From: a virus
Direction: 5' to 3' (one strand)
DNA: 64,000 nt
IMG/VR virus record: IMGVR_UViG_3300025888_000011
Span: 77,153 to 141,152 of that record
Of this stretch, positions 18,625 to 29,062 are shown piece by piece (the stretch's first letter is position 1; every line of letters starts with the position of its first letter). The translations under genes were made by a program, and so were the position numbers. The notes beneath the pieces were generated by a model. The model searched no databases. It was not told where the DNA came from and saw only the letters and a program-made list of their open reading frames with translations.

Positions 18625-20019
18625 GTGGATTTTATGTTATTAACAAAAGAAGTGGAAATAGGTTTAGGTGGAGGAAATGCAAAGTATTACGAAAATTTAG
18701 GATATGAAATACCTAGGGAAGTTAGCAAATACGGAAAATTAGTAATTTCTAAAAGTCTTAAATTAAAAGTAAGAGTAAATGATTTAAAAAACAATTCAGT
18801 GGTTAAGGTTTATGTTAAATGTGATTGTGAAGATTGCACGACACCAATAACAAAACCTGTAGTATGGCAAGCTTATTTGAAATGTGTAAAAGATGATGGG
18901 AATTATTATTGTCAAAAATGTGGTTATAAATTATTTGCTAAAGAAAGTGAGTTGAAAACAAGAATAAAAAATGGTAAATCACTTGAGGAATGGTGTATAG
19001 AAAATGACAGAAAAGATATTTTGGATAGATGGGATTATGAAAAGAATAAAACAACTCCAAAAGATATTACATATAAAACAAGTAAAAAACATTGGTTTAA
19101 ATGCCCAAGAGGTATACATCTAAGTGAACTAAGAGGTACTAATCATTTTGTAGAAAGGAATAGTATTGAGTTAAGTTGTAAACAATGTAATTCTTTTGCT
19201 CAATGGGGAATCGATAATATTGATAAAGATTTCTTAAAAATATATTGGGACTATGAAAAAAATATGGATAATCCTTGGGAAGTTGATTATGGAAGTGGTA
19301 AAAAAGTATTTATTATATGCCAAGAAAAAGACTATCATGAAAGTTATCTTACATCACCATATGAATTTACGATTGGAAATAGATGTACTTTTTGTTCAAA
19401 TAGTAGTGGGCAGATTCATGAATATGATAGTCTAGGATATCTATATCCAATGTCATTAGAAATATGGAGTGATAAAAATATAAAAACTCCATTTGAATAC
19501 GCACTTAAATCACATGAAAAAGTTTGGTGGAAGTGTCTTGAGGGGAAACATGAAGATTATTTTAGAAGAATAAGTGATTCAACTATTCAAGAATTTCGAT
19601 GTGCTGACTGTGTTCAAGAAAGGGAAGAATCATTCCTACAAGAAAAAGTTAGGTTATATTTAAATGAGTTGGGATATGAAGTTTTACATGAATATGATAC
19701 ATTAAAGTGCATTAATCCCAAAACCAAACGCATATTACCTTATGATAATCAAGTCGAGGAATTAAAATTTATTTTAGAGGTAATGGGAATTCAGCATTAT
19801 AAAGTTACAGGTTTTCACAAAAAACATGCTAAAAGAAATAACACAACGCCTGAATATGAATTACACATGCAACAAGTCAGAGACAGATATAAGAGAATAT
19901 TTGCCAAAAAGCAAGGATTTTTTTATATACCAATACCTTATTGGACAGATAATAAACAAGAAGAATATAAGACTTTGATTGATGATAAGATTAAAGAGAT
20001 TTTAAGTAAAAGGAGGTGA
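18625..20019 (+). CDS. Free-standing putative homing endonuclease, paralog of 9451
   Basis: Same zinc-ribbon repeats and very similar C-terminus (DCVQER.ES.L.EK.RLYLNELGY; NNTTPEYE.HMQ.VRD.YK). Confidence 0.7.
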   Translation: MDFMLLTKEVEIGLGGGNAKYYENLGYEIPREVSKYGKLVISKSLKLKVRVNDLKNNSVVKVYVKCDCEDCTTPITKPVVWQAYLKCVKDDGNYYCQKCGYKLFAKESELKTRIKNGKSLEEWCIENDRKDILDRWDYEKNKTTPKDITYKTSKKHWFKCPRGIHLSELRGTNHFVERNSIELSCKQCNSFAQWGIDNIDKDFLKIYWDYEKNMDNPWEVDYGSGKKVFIICQEKDYHESYLTSPYEFTIGNRCTFCSNSSGQIHEYDSLGYLYPMSLEIWSDKNIKTPFEYALKSHEKVWWKCLEGKHEDYFRRISDSTIQEFRCADCVQEREESFLQEKVRLYLNELGYEVLHEYDTLKCINPKTKRILPYDNQVEELKFILEVMGIQHYKVTGFHKKHAKRNNTTPEYELHMQQVRDRYKRIFAKKQGFFYIPIPYWTDNKQEEYKTLIDDKIKEILSKRR

Positions 20020-20024
20020 TATAA

Positions 20025-23000
20025 TTGTTAACAATAGATGAGATTAAGAGCTTTTTGTATAGTGAACTTCCTACTAGACCAGTACAAATTGCTAATGATG
20101 ATGCTATTGGTAATCCTAATGTGAGTATTATTCCAAAAGTGCAATTTGCACCACTTGGAACGCAATATTTACAAAATGATATTATACCTCATCCTTTATT
20201 TATAAGAGTTAATGTAGGAACTTTAGACGATTGGATAGAAATTGGAAGTGGAAGTGGTTCGGTGGGGACATCGGGGGACATGTTGTACAAAGATTCTCGC
20301 CCGAGTGATATTGTGGTAGGTGGAGTGAATATAGGATATAAGCCAAAAGTTTCTGGAATTTCAATAACAAAACTTATGAGTCTTATATTACATGCTGGTT
20401 CAACAGAAATAGTTAAACCTCCTATCGTCAATCAATCAATTTTAGATGGCACAGTAGATGTTTCAATTAATTTAAGTTTTATTAAATATGTTTTAACAGA
20501 TACTATTAATGCACAAATAAAAGATGTTAGTAAAATAGTTTCAAGTCCATTGAATTTAATAAATAATGTTGTTTTGAAAAATAATGAATTATTTGTATAT
20601 TTAAATCCTATGAATACAGGTCTACTTTATTCTATTACAATAAAACAAGGAACTATTAGTAACAATGGAGATGATGAGACTACATTTGGAGAATCTACAA
20701 ATACAATTGATATAACTACAGTATTTGAAACTAGTTGGCTACCAAAACCTTCAGAACCTGTAATTCTACAATCAAATTTAAATGTAACAATTGACCAACC
20801 AATAAATTTAAGTGAGATTACGTTTGATGTAGACAATGCAATTGCTTTAAGTTTAAAAAATGGTGCAAAAGTCACTTCAAATATAAGTGGAATTATAAGT
20901 AATGCTACATTAGTTGGAAATACTATTCACGTTCCTTTACATAATTTATTAAATTTAACTACATATAATATAACTATTCAAGCAGATATTGTAGAAAACA
21001 ACGGTGATAATATTACGACAGCTAGAACTTCATCAAATACCAATACTGTTACTGCACAATTTAAAACTATTGCACCTAATGTATCAAAACCAATTATTGG
21101 ACAATCACCTTTAAATAATACAATAGAACAATCTATATACACAAATGAAATTGCTTTTCCTGTTTCTAACGCAATAGGATTGACATTGAAAGATGGTAGC
21201 AAAGTTACAGTTGCTTCAAGTGGTTCACTTATAACAATTGGGAATGCTACATTAGATGCTTCAAACGTATTACATATTCCAATTTTGACAAGTCCATTAG
21301 AATACTCAACAAATTATATTATAACAATATTAAATGGAATTGTGGAGAATAATGGAGATAATATAAGTAGTTTAGGCAGTGCAGAAAATACAAATACAAT
21401 AATTGCTAACTTTACTACAACCACAAAACCTAAACCTATAATTCCTTCAATAAATCAGAGTATTTTAAATAATACAACTGTAGTTTCAGTTAATTTAACA
21501 GAAATAACATTTATAGTTTCAAATGATTTTAATTTATCTTTGTTAGATGCTACAAAAGTTATATGCGATAAGAGTGGAATTGTAGGAAATGCTACTTTAG
21601 ACTTACCAACAAAAACAATTCATGTTCCTATAATAAAAGTATTGGATTATTATACAAGTTACTATATAACTATTCAAAGTGGATTAATTGCAAACAATGG
21701 AGACAATATAAATACTTTTGGTACAAGTACGAATAATAGCATTACTGCTAAGATTACTACTGAACCAACAACTGTTACTAAACCAATTGTGGGACAATCA
21801 AGTGCGAATAGTTTAACAAATCAATCTAGAACATTAACAGAAGTTACTTTCCCTATTACAAACATAATTGGTACAATGATGAAAGATACTACAAAAATAA
21901 CTTGTGACCATATTGGAATAATTGGAACACCTACTTATGGTAGTGGATTTATTCATGTTCCTATAATAGCAACATTGGATTATATTACAAATTATTCAAT
22001 AACTGTTGGTATTGATTCTATTGAAAATCATGGAAATGGAATTGCACATTTAGGTGTAAATGCTAATACTAATATCATTACAACAACATTTACAACTATT
22101 GATAGACCTAAACCTACACCACCTATAATTTTGCAATCGTCTTTAAACAATGCTATAAATCAATTAACAACTTTAAGTGAAATTACTTTTGATGTTAGTA
22201 ATAGTATTGATTTAACACTTGCAGATGGATTAAAAGTTTCTAGTAGTCCAAGTGGAATTGCTGGGACAACTAGTTTAGTAGGAAACATTATTCATATTCC
22301 TTTAATTAATTTAAATGTAGGAACTACATATTCAGTTACAATTCAAAGTGGCATTGTTCAAAATAACAGTGATGGAATAAATACAAGTGGAAGTACAATT
22401 AATAGTAATTCTATTACTGCAATTTTTAAAACTAAAGCAGGGAATGTATCTGAACCTATAGTGCAACAAAGTTCATTAAATGGTTCTACTAATAAAGAAA
22501 TTTCATTGAGTGAAATAACATTTAATGTGTCTAATGCGATAGGAACAGTATTAAAAAATGGTTCATTAGTATCAATTAGTCCAAGTGGAAGTATAGGTGT
22601 TGTTACTTTAGATGTTTCCAATATAATACATGTACCTTTAAGTAGTTTAACTTATAGTACAACATATTCAGTTACAGTTAATAATGGAATTGTAGAAAAT
22701 ACTGGAGATGGTACTAGTTCGAGTGGTACTGCTTTAAATACAAATACTGTAATCACAAGTTTTACTACAAGAAGTATATTATCTCCACCTACAATAAGTG
22801 CTTCAGTCACAACAAGTTATCCTCAAAATACAACTCAAATTATATATGCTATAAATCAAAGTGGATGCACTTTGTTAGACACAAGTAAAATTACTGTAAC
22901 AGGTGCAAATAAAGGAACAGTTAGTATTAGTGGAAATCAGTTGATTATTCCTATAGGGGGATTAATTGTTGGAAATACAGTTACGATTTCTATAATAAGT

Positions 23001-23411
23001 GGTGCAATAAAAAATAGTGATGGAGTCAATAATAGTGATGTAAGCGATTCTACATTTGCTATAAGTGAAGCAGAAGTTGCATTGCCCTCACATGATTTTG
23101 AGTTAGATATTGACTGGGCAACGGGAATTGGAAGTATGAATTTAACTACAGTAACTGGATATAGTCCTACCAATCCATTGTCAATAGCCAATTATACTGT
23201 ACAAAAAATACAAGTTTATTTTTTAGGTGTTAAGTTAGATTTAGACAGTGGTTCACCTCAAAAGAATGAACGTATTCCTATAAGGGATTATGAATCTAGT
23301 GCTACTCCAAATGCTTATGTAGGAAAATGGTATATCACCTCAGCAAATACACTTAAAATAACTTCTGCACCAACAACAAATATTAAGATAAAACTTATAA
23401 GATTAATTTAA
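20025..23411 (+). CDS. Large Ig-like repeat virion protein
   Basis: About seven ~115 aa repeats (P.I.QS.LN..EITF..IHVP..Y.ITI..G.V.N.GD), Ser/Thr-rich. Confidence 0.7.
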   Translation: MLTIDEIKSFLYSELPTRPVQIANDDAIGNPNVSIIPKVQFAPLGTQYLQNDIIPHPLFIRVNVGTLDDWIEIGSGSGSVGTSGDMLYKDSRPSDIVVGGVNIGYKPKVSGISITKLMSLILHAGSTEIVKPPIVNQSILDGTVDVSINLSFIKYVLTDTINAQIKDVSKIVSSPLNLINNVVLKNNELFVYLNPMNTGLLYSITIKQGTISNNGDDETTFGESTNTIDITTVFETSWLPKPSEPVILQSNLNVTIDQPINLSEITFDVDNAIALSLKNGAKVTSNISGIISNATLVGNTIHVPLHNLLNLTTYNITIQADIVENNGDNITTARTSSNTNTVTAQFKTIAPNVSKPIIGQSPLNNTIEQSIYTNEIAFPVSNAIGLTLKDGSKVTVASSGSLITIGNATLDASNVLHIPILTSPLEYSTNYIITILNGIVENNGDNISSLGSAENTNTIIANFTTTTKPKPIIPSINQSILNNTTVVSVNLTEITFIVSNDFNLSLLDATKVICDKSGIVGNATLDLPTKTIHVPIIKVLDYYTSYYITIQSGLIANNGDNINTFGTSTNNSITAKITTEPTTVTKPIVGQSSANSLTNQSRTLTEVTFPITNIIGTMMKDTTKITCDHIGIIGTPTYGSGFIHVPIIATLDYITNYSITVGIDSIENHGNGIAHLGVNANTNIITTTFTTIDRPKPTPPIILQSSLNNAINQLTTLSEITFDVSNSIDLTLADGLKVSSSPSGIAGTTSLVGNIIHIPLINLNVGTTYSVTIQSGIVQNNSDGINTSGSTINSNSITAIFKTKAGNVSEPIVQQSSLNGSTNKEISLSEITFNVSNAIGTVLKNGSLVSISPSGSIGVVTLDVSNIIHVPLSSLTYSTTYSVTVNNGIVENTGDGTSSSGTALNTNTVITSFTTRSILSPPTISASVTTSYPQNTTQIIYAINQSGCTLLDTSKITVTGANKGTVSISGNQLIIPIGGLIVGNTVTISIISGAIKNSDGVNNSDVSDSTFAISEAEVALPSHDFELDIDWATGIGSMNLTTVTGYSPTNPLSIANYTVQKIQVYFLGVKLDLDSGSPQKNERIPIRDYESSATPNAYVGKWYITSANTLKITSAPTTNIKIKLIRLI

Positions 23412-23423
23412 GGGGGTGGCTAA

Positions 23424-23915
23424 ATGGCTTATGATTCAAGTGTAGACTTGCAACAAATACAATCTGATGCCTTAACAGGAGATACTGAATCTAATTTATT
23501 AATGCCTTTTAACTCCCTTGGTTTTTTAAATAAGGCATTAAATACTGATTCTAAAAGTGTAGTTTCTGCAATCAATGATATTCAAGGATTAACCGATATA
23601 TTATTTGGTAATTTTACTAATTTTGGTAATAAATTGAATGGAGTATTGTTAGATGTAGAATCCTCAGCAGGTCAAGCTAAAAGAGATGAAATGAAATTAC
23701 TAACGGGGTATAATACAGTACTCGAAGCTATTGTTGAGATAGCAAAAAGAGGTAATGGAAGTGGCACAAGTGGATTAATTAAGGGCTTTACAATGGATAA
23801 TTTGACTAATATTTTAACATTAACATTGACAGATGACACAACCTATCCAATTGATTTTACCGCTATATTAGATACAAAAGCAAACAAAATAGATTTAGAA
23901 TGGGGAAGTTTTTAG
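23424..23915 (+). CDS. Putative tail fibre-associated protein
   Basis: L.T..K.VV.AIN fibre-type motif; ends LEWGSF; terminator-like hairpin 23902-23928. Confidence 0.5.
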   Translation: MAYDSSVDLQQIQSDALTGDTESNLLMPFNSLGFLNKALNTDSKSVVSAINDIQGLTDILFGNFTNFGNKLNGVLLDVESSAGQAKRDEMKLLTGYNTVLEAIVEIAKRGNGSGTSGLIKGFTMDNLTNILTLTLTDDTTYPIDFTAILDTKANKIDLEWGSF

Positions 23916-23982
23916 GACTTCCCTTTTTATAAACAACAAATGAATAAAAAGTAATACAAATTTTAAGGAGGTATTTATAAAA

Positions 23983-24804
23983 ATGGCTATAGGACAAATT
24001 AAGCTTTTACAGGGTCTTGAGGTAAATTTACCTGTTTCTGGTGCAATAAATGAACTCTATTTTACAGAATCTGGAAAAATATTTAAAGGTACAGGTAGTT
24101 CTTTAATTGAATATTCTAAAGATGTTATTACAACTACAGATTTAGCTTTAATAATTAGCCCCGAACAAGGGAAAATGTACATAGATACAACTAATTGGAC
24201 GGTTAATGCTTGGAATGGAACTATATGGAAGGTGTTAGGTGGTTCATTCACTTCTACTAGTACAGATGCTTTAGAAAATAAAACAATCGATGCTACTAAA
24301 AATACTATTACAAATTTAGGAACGAACAATTTTGGTACAGGTGTAGTATCTACTGTGATACCAAGCACAGGGGCAGTAGACACAAAATTAGTTACAGAAA
24401 AAGCTGTAGCAGATTTAGCATTGGCTTTAGGAACAAAAATTGATGGTGATATTAAGAATGTTTCATATGATAGTGTCTTACAGTCTTGGACTTTTACAAA
24501 ACAAGATAACACAACTATTGTAATAAGTAATATTCTTAACGCTCTTATTAAAGGGGTAGCGTACAATCCTTTAACAAAAAAATTAACATTTACATTTGAT
24601 GGAGACCCAAGTCCTGCACCAGTTGAGATAGATATATCTGATTTAATTGACGTTTATACGGTTTCTGACACAGATAGTGTTGATTTAACGATGTCTAGTA
24701 ATAACATTACGGCAGATATAAAATTATCATCTACAAATGGTAATTTATTAAGTGTTGAGGTTGGTAAGGGATTATTCGCTACTTTAGATTGGGAAATATT
24801 CTAA
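23983..24804 (+). CDS. Putative fibre protein, paralog of 42350
   Basis: N-terminal G.E.NLP..ELYFT motif resembling Mtd/hyaluronidase N-termini; NKTIDAT.NTI shared with 42350. Confidence 0.55.
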   Translation: MAIGQIKLLQGLEVNLPVSGAINELYFTESGKIFKGTGSSLIEYSKDVITTTDLALIISPEQGKMYIDTTNWTVNAWNGTIWKVLGGSFTSTSTDALENKTIDATKNTITNLGTNNFGTGVVSTVIPSTGAVDTKLVTEKAVADLALALGTKIDGDIKNVSYDSVLQSWTFTKQDNTTIVISNILNALIKGVAYNPLTKKLTFTFDGDPSPAPVEIDISDLIDVYTVSDTDSVDLTMSSNNITADIKLSSTNGNLLSVEVGKGLFATLDWEIF

Positions 24805-24835
24805 TAATATAAAAAGAAAAGAGGTGTAAACATTT

Positions 24836-25543
24836 ATGGCACAAGTCAAATTCCATGTTGGAAATAAAAGTAGTTTACCTGTAATAGCAACAAATGGTGG
24901 GGAGATTTTCTGTTGCTCAGATGTGGGAGAAATGTATATTTCTAAAGATAATTTATCTCTTCAATTATACACTAACATTATTTTATTAGAGGATGAGGAT
25001 GAAAAAGATGGTTTGTTTGCACCTCTTACAGATAAATTCTACTATATTAAATCTACGAAGAAATTTTATAATTTTGATGGAAATTTATTTAATCTCATTG
25101 GAACAGGTGTTGCTGATAACATAACGATTATTGGTGGTAATATGATTAAATATTCCTTTTCAGAATCTTTTGTAGTAGCTAATTGGTTAGGATTTTCTCC
25201 TAATTTTTATATAAATTTATCTCAATCAGTTCACAAACAAGGAGCAACTAATAAACTAGAAATAGATTTTTTTGAAAATGGAGAGAGCGTGTTTTGTGAT
25301 TATAAAGTAGATGATTTTGGAAATATTTCATTTTATTCTAGCGTTCCTTTTGATGGATATTTAATTGTAACAAATCCTAATGGATTAAAACTTGATGAAC
25401 AAAGTTTAACAATTAATGATACAGTCCAAAATCTTGAGTTGACAGGATTTAACTCTGCAATAGAAGGGCAAATACCTCAAAAGAATGCAGAAGGTAAAAT
25501 CTCATGGATTGATACTAAATTTTGTGAATGGAACGACTTGTAA
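24836..25543 (+). CDS. Putative fibre protein, paralog of 43446
   Basis: Same N-terminal module; GLFAPLTDKFYY shared with 43446. Confidence 0.55.
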   Translation: MAQVKFHVGNKSSLPVIATNGGEIFCCSDVGEMYISKDNLSLQLYTNIILLEDEDEKDGLFAPLTDKFYYIKSTKKFYNFDGNLFNLIGTGVADNITIIGGNMIKYSFSESFVVANWLGFSPNFYINLSQSVHKQGATNKLEIDFFENGESVFCDYKVDDFGNISFYSSVPFDGYLIVTNPNGLKLDEQSLTINDTVQNLELTGFNSAIEGQIPQKNAEGKISWIDTKFCEWNDL

Positions 25544-25570
25544 TATGGAGAATAGAGAAGGTGACAAATC

Positions 25571-26101
25571 TTGATATATAAAAATCCTATAAATTTCCCA
25601 GAAATAGTTGGAACTCCTAACACTCCTAATCAAAATTCTATAACACTTTTTGCTAGAAATGATGGTGATTTGTATAAAGTGAACTCTCATGGAGTTGTTT
25701 CTAAAATTGCCAGTAATTCAGGTGTTTCAGATACAAAAACAATATGCTTTCAGTATTTTGGATTATTACGTGATATGGAAAAGTTAGTTATATCTTTTCC
25801 ATATAATGGTGTAATTACAGATGTATTTGCTTCTTGTACTAAGGTTGGTTCTATGGACACAGAGATAAAAATAGAAAAAATAAGCAAAAGTGATTTTATT
25901 AATGATGTGGATATATGGACTAATATATTTATTTCTAATATGGTTATTGAATCAGATAAAAAAACTCATAATGGGCTATTTACAATTGATTTAATTAATG
26001 GAATGGAAAATGTTATTGCTGAAGATAGATTTAGATTAAGCTTAGTTGGAGAAACAGATATGGAATGTTTAAACGTAGAAATAAAGATAACGTTAAATTA
26101 G
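25571..26101 (+). CDS. Hypothetical tail-region protein
   Basis: TTG start with AAGGTG RBS; 176 aa beta-rich. Confidence 0.55.
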   Translation: MIYKNPINFPEIVGTPNTPNQNSITLFARNDGDLYKVNSHGVVSKIASNSGVSDTKTICFQYFGLLRDMEKLVISFPYNGVITDVFASCTKVGSMDTEIKIEKISKSDFINDVDIWTNIFISNMVIESDKKTHNGLFTIDLINGMENVIAEDRFRLSLVGETDMECLNVEIKITLN

Positions 26102-26172
26102 ATATAATTAAAATAATATAAAAAATAATTAAGATAATAAAGTAATTTAAAAATGAAAGGATATGATGAATT

Positions 26173-27080
26173 ATGCCAACCCCAATCGTCTCATGGAAAT
26201 TAGCTAACAATACTGCACCTACACTTTGCGATTTCGGAACAATCGATGCAGGCTCGGTTTCTGCAACACCATTAGAGTTTAATTTATGGAATAATCAGAA
26301 TGGTTCAAGTGCATTATCAAACTGTGAAGGATGTAAACTCACTACAAAAGATAATGCCACAGGAGATATGTTGTCAGAACCAGTAAAAGGAAAATGGGTA
26401 GAAGTAAAAGGTGTATCTGCATCAGAACACGATTTCTTTCCAATCGGAAGTACATATATACCACCAGTAGGGGCTTCTCCTGCTTCGTATACAGAAGTAG
26501 CACATAACGTGTTCTCTGACGACTCCGCTATCCCTCATCAAGTAACAACTCCATCTAGTCCTACTGATAAGATGCTATGGATAGATACAACTAATAACGC
26601 AACAACAGGAAACGTAATGAGGCAATACGATGCTACAGGTGCAGGAAGTTGGAATGTAGCTAATGTAATATCGGGAAAAATAAATGATGGTACATTAGCA
26701 AATAGTAAAGCAAATTACACATCAATATCTCTAAGAGCAAATATTCCATCTTCTGCTCCAGCTGGAACTTTTCTTTTTGTGACTAGGTAAATCTTTGCCG
26801 TCTATAGAAGAAATTTTATAGATTATTAGTGGGTAAAATCGGTGAAATCGTCCATTAAAAACGACAATACCGAGGTAAACTAAGAAATTAAAAAATCTTA
26901 GTCACCGTAGAGCATAGCAATTGAAACTACATAGTAGAATATAAAATTGCCACGAGTATCCGCCACCTAAACGTAAAGACGAAGGTGAAAATATATGCCG
27001 AACTATACCAATGGAAAAGGTATAGAAGCTAAGATAAAAAGCTTAGTGATAACACGATTGTGAGATATTCATTTACATAA
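26173..27080 (+). CDS. Tail-region structural protein, spliced (26173-26788 joined to 27061-27080)
   Basis: Splicing converts the TAA at the junction into T|TG giving FVTR-LRYSFT-stop (211 aa). Confidence 0.75.
26789..27060 (+). ncRNA. Group I intron 3 (ORF-less)
   Basis: Exon ends U26788 with GGU/GCC P1; P4 TCGGT/ACCGA; P7 GAGCATA (26910-16)/TATGCC (26994-99); terminal G27060; similar to introns 1 and 4. Confidence 0.9.
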
Positions 27081-27174
27081 ACAATAAATAAAAATATTAT
27101 AAAAATCAAAAGGAAATGGCTTTGTTTAAGTTGTAACCTTTTGATTTTTTATTTTGAAAAGGAGATATTTATAT

Positions 27175-28299
27175 ATGGAAATAGATAGAAGACCACATGG
27201 ATTTTTTAATACATGGGATAACTTCAAGGGTGAGCTAGATAAATTTATAGAAATAAAACAAAGACCACCTACAGTAATGGAGGTTATAAAGGATTTACAT
27301 ATTAATTCATCTTATATAAAGCAATATGGTGGGTTTGCAGAAATAAAAAGAAAAATGAATTGGAGTGGTGATTGTATAGACTTGTCAGGTTATTATAATG
27401 AGAGTTCCTACGAAATGCAAGTAGCGAATGTTTTAATAATGAATAATATCCCATATACAAGACAAGATAGACCATTTCCTAATGAAGAAGGCAGATATAA
27501 ATGTGATTTTGCATTTCACTTAGATAATAGTATTATATATTGTGAAGTATGGGGATATTCAAAAGAGAATAAATCCAATTATGGAGCAGGAAAAATATAT
27601 AATTCAGTAAGAATAAAAAAGGAAAAATTATATAAAAAATATGATATGCATTTAATATCTGTTGAGCCAAATATATTTTTACTTACATATGAAAAAATGC
27701 AGAATGAAATTATAAAATGCTTTTCAGTTTTAAGTGACTATAAGATAAACAAGATTGAACAAAGGTATTTAATTCCTTCAAATAAATTATCAGATGAAGA
27801 AATATTAAAAGAAATAATGGTTTTTAGTGATAACCCTAATATGCTTCCCTCAACAAATATTATAAGTAAAGAAAAGTTTGGTTTGTATAGCGAAATTATT
27901 AAAAGATATGGTAGTTATTTTAATTTTGCAAAAGCTATGAAAAAGAACGTAATGCTAAAAATGAATTATTGGACACTAGATATTATTATGGATAAATATT
28001 TTTACATATATGAAAAGCACAATAAAATATTTACAACAAGAGAAATATTACAAGAATGCAAGAAAGATGACATTTTAAGAGGGTTAATGCCTGCTTTAAG
28101 GGAGTTTGGAGGTGTCGTGGTAGTAAAACTTGAATTCTACAAAAGAATGTTATTGAGAAGAATGTTTTTAAATGAAAAAGATATAAAATTAATAACCGAA
28201 ATATCTCAAGGAAAAAAACACAGAGGAGACGTTGAAATAACTCAGGAAATTAAGAATACTGCAAAAGAACTTTTAGAACAAATAAATAAAATGATATAA
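27175..28299 (+). CDS. Free-standing putative PD-(D/E)XK homing endonuclease
   Basis: ES.YE..VAN.L..YKCDF..YCEVWG catalytic pattern with helical repeats; AGGAG RBS favours ATG 27175. Confidence 0.6.
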   Translation: MEIDRRPHGFFNTWDNFKGELDKFIEIKQRPPTVMEVIKDLHINSSYIKQYGGFAEIKRKMNWSGDCIDLSGYYNESSYEMQVANVLIMNNIPYTRQDRPFPNEEGRYKCDFAFHLDNSIIYCEVWGYSKENKSNYGAGKIYNSVRIKKEKLYKKYDMHLISVEPNIFLLTYEKMQNEIIKCFSVLSDYKINKIEQRYLIPSNKLSDEEILKEIMVFSDNPNMLPSTNIISKEKFGLYSEIIKRYGSYFNFAKAMKKNVMLKMNYWTLDIIMDKYFYIYEKHNKIFTTREILQECKKDDILRGLMPALREFGGVVVVKLEFYKRMLLRRMFLNEKDIKLITEISQGKKHRGDVEITQEIKNTAKELLEQINKMI

Positions 28300-28352
28300 A
28301 AAATTATTCCCATGAATCAATACAATGAGAGAAATGAGGAGGAACTATAAAA

Positions 28353-29042
28353 ATGCAAAACAACATATTAAACATTAAACAAATACAATTAAATACACAA
28401 TATCAGAGTCAAATATTATCACAAAAGACACTTTACAATAATTTAATATCACCCACAAGTGAGAGAGACTTTGTGTGGATAGGGCAATACCCAAATGCAA
28501 ATATATCTGAATATGATTTCAGAACAAGGCAAGAAAACCCCTTTAATGCCATTTTAAAAGAAAATTTAATAGAATTTGGGATATTAGGTTGTAATTATTA
28601 TTTTTATTTTACAACATTTGATGGCATGTTTAGGTTAGAAGAGAAAAATATTGAATTTTTATATAGATTACATGATAAAAACGGACAAGAAAAGATTTAT
28701 AAGTTAACAGGGAACAAGAATTCTTACAATGATATTATTACATTTAAAGACGTAGAATCAACTTTTTCAACAATGGAAAGTCATTCTCATTTAAAAGCCA
28801 ATATATATCAATATAACTTTGGATATAAAACTAAGTTGGTAACAGAGGATGCTACTTTTTGGTTTAAAGTAATATGCACAGTACCAATAACAGGTGAACC
28901 AATATTTATTACTATAAGACTCGTATCAGATAATAATCTACAAGGGGATTTTATAATAATGAAAAACGGAGAACCTACTGCCATAATAGAAGCACCATTG
29001 AGTAAAGATATAGCAAGTGAAATGAAATGGATAGTTGAATAA
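28353..29042 (+). CDS. Hypothetical tail-region protein
   Basis: GAGGAGG RBS, 229 aa. Confidence 0.6.
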   Translation: MQNNILNIKQIQLNTQYQSQILSQKTLYNNLISPTSERDFVWIGQYPNANISEYDFRTRQENPFNAILKENLIEFGILGCNYYFYFTTFDGMFRLEEKNIEFLYRLHDKNGQEKIYKLTGNKNSYNDIITFKDVESTFSTMESHSHLKANIYQYNFGYKTKLVTEDATFWFKVICTVPITGEPIFITIRLVSDNNLQGDFIIMKNGEPTAIIEAPLSKDIASEMKWIVE

Positions 29043-29062
29043 AATAAAATAATATAAAAAGG

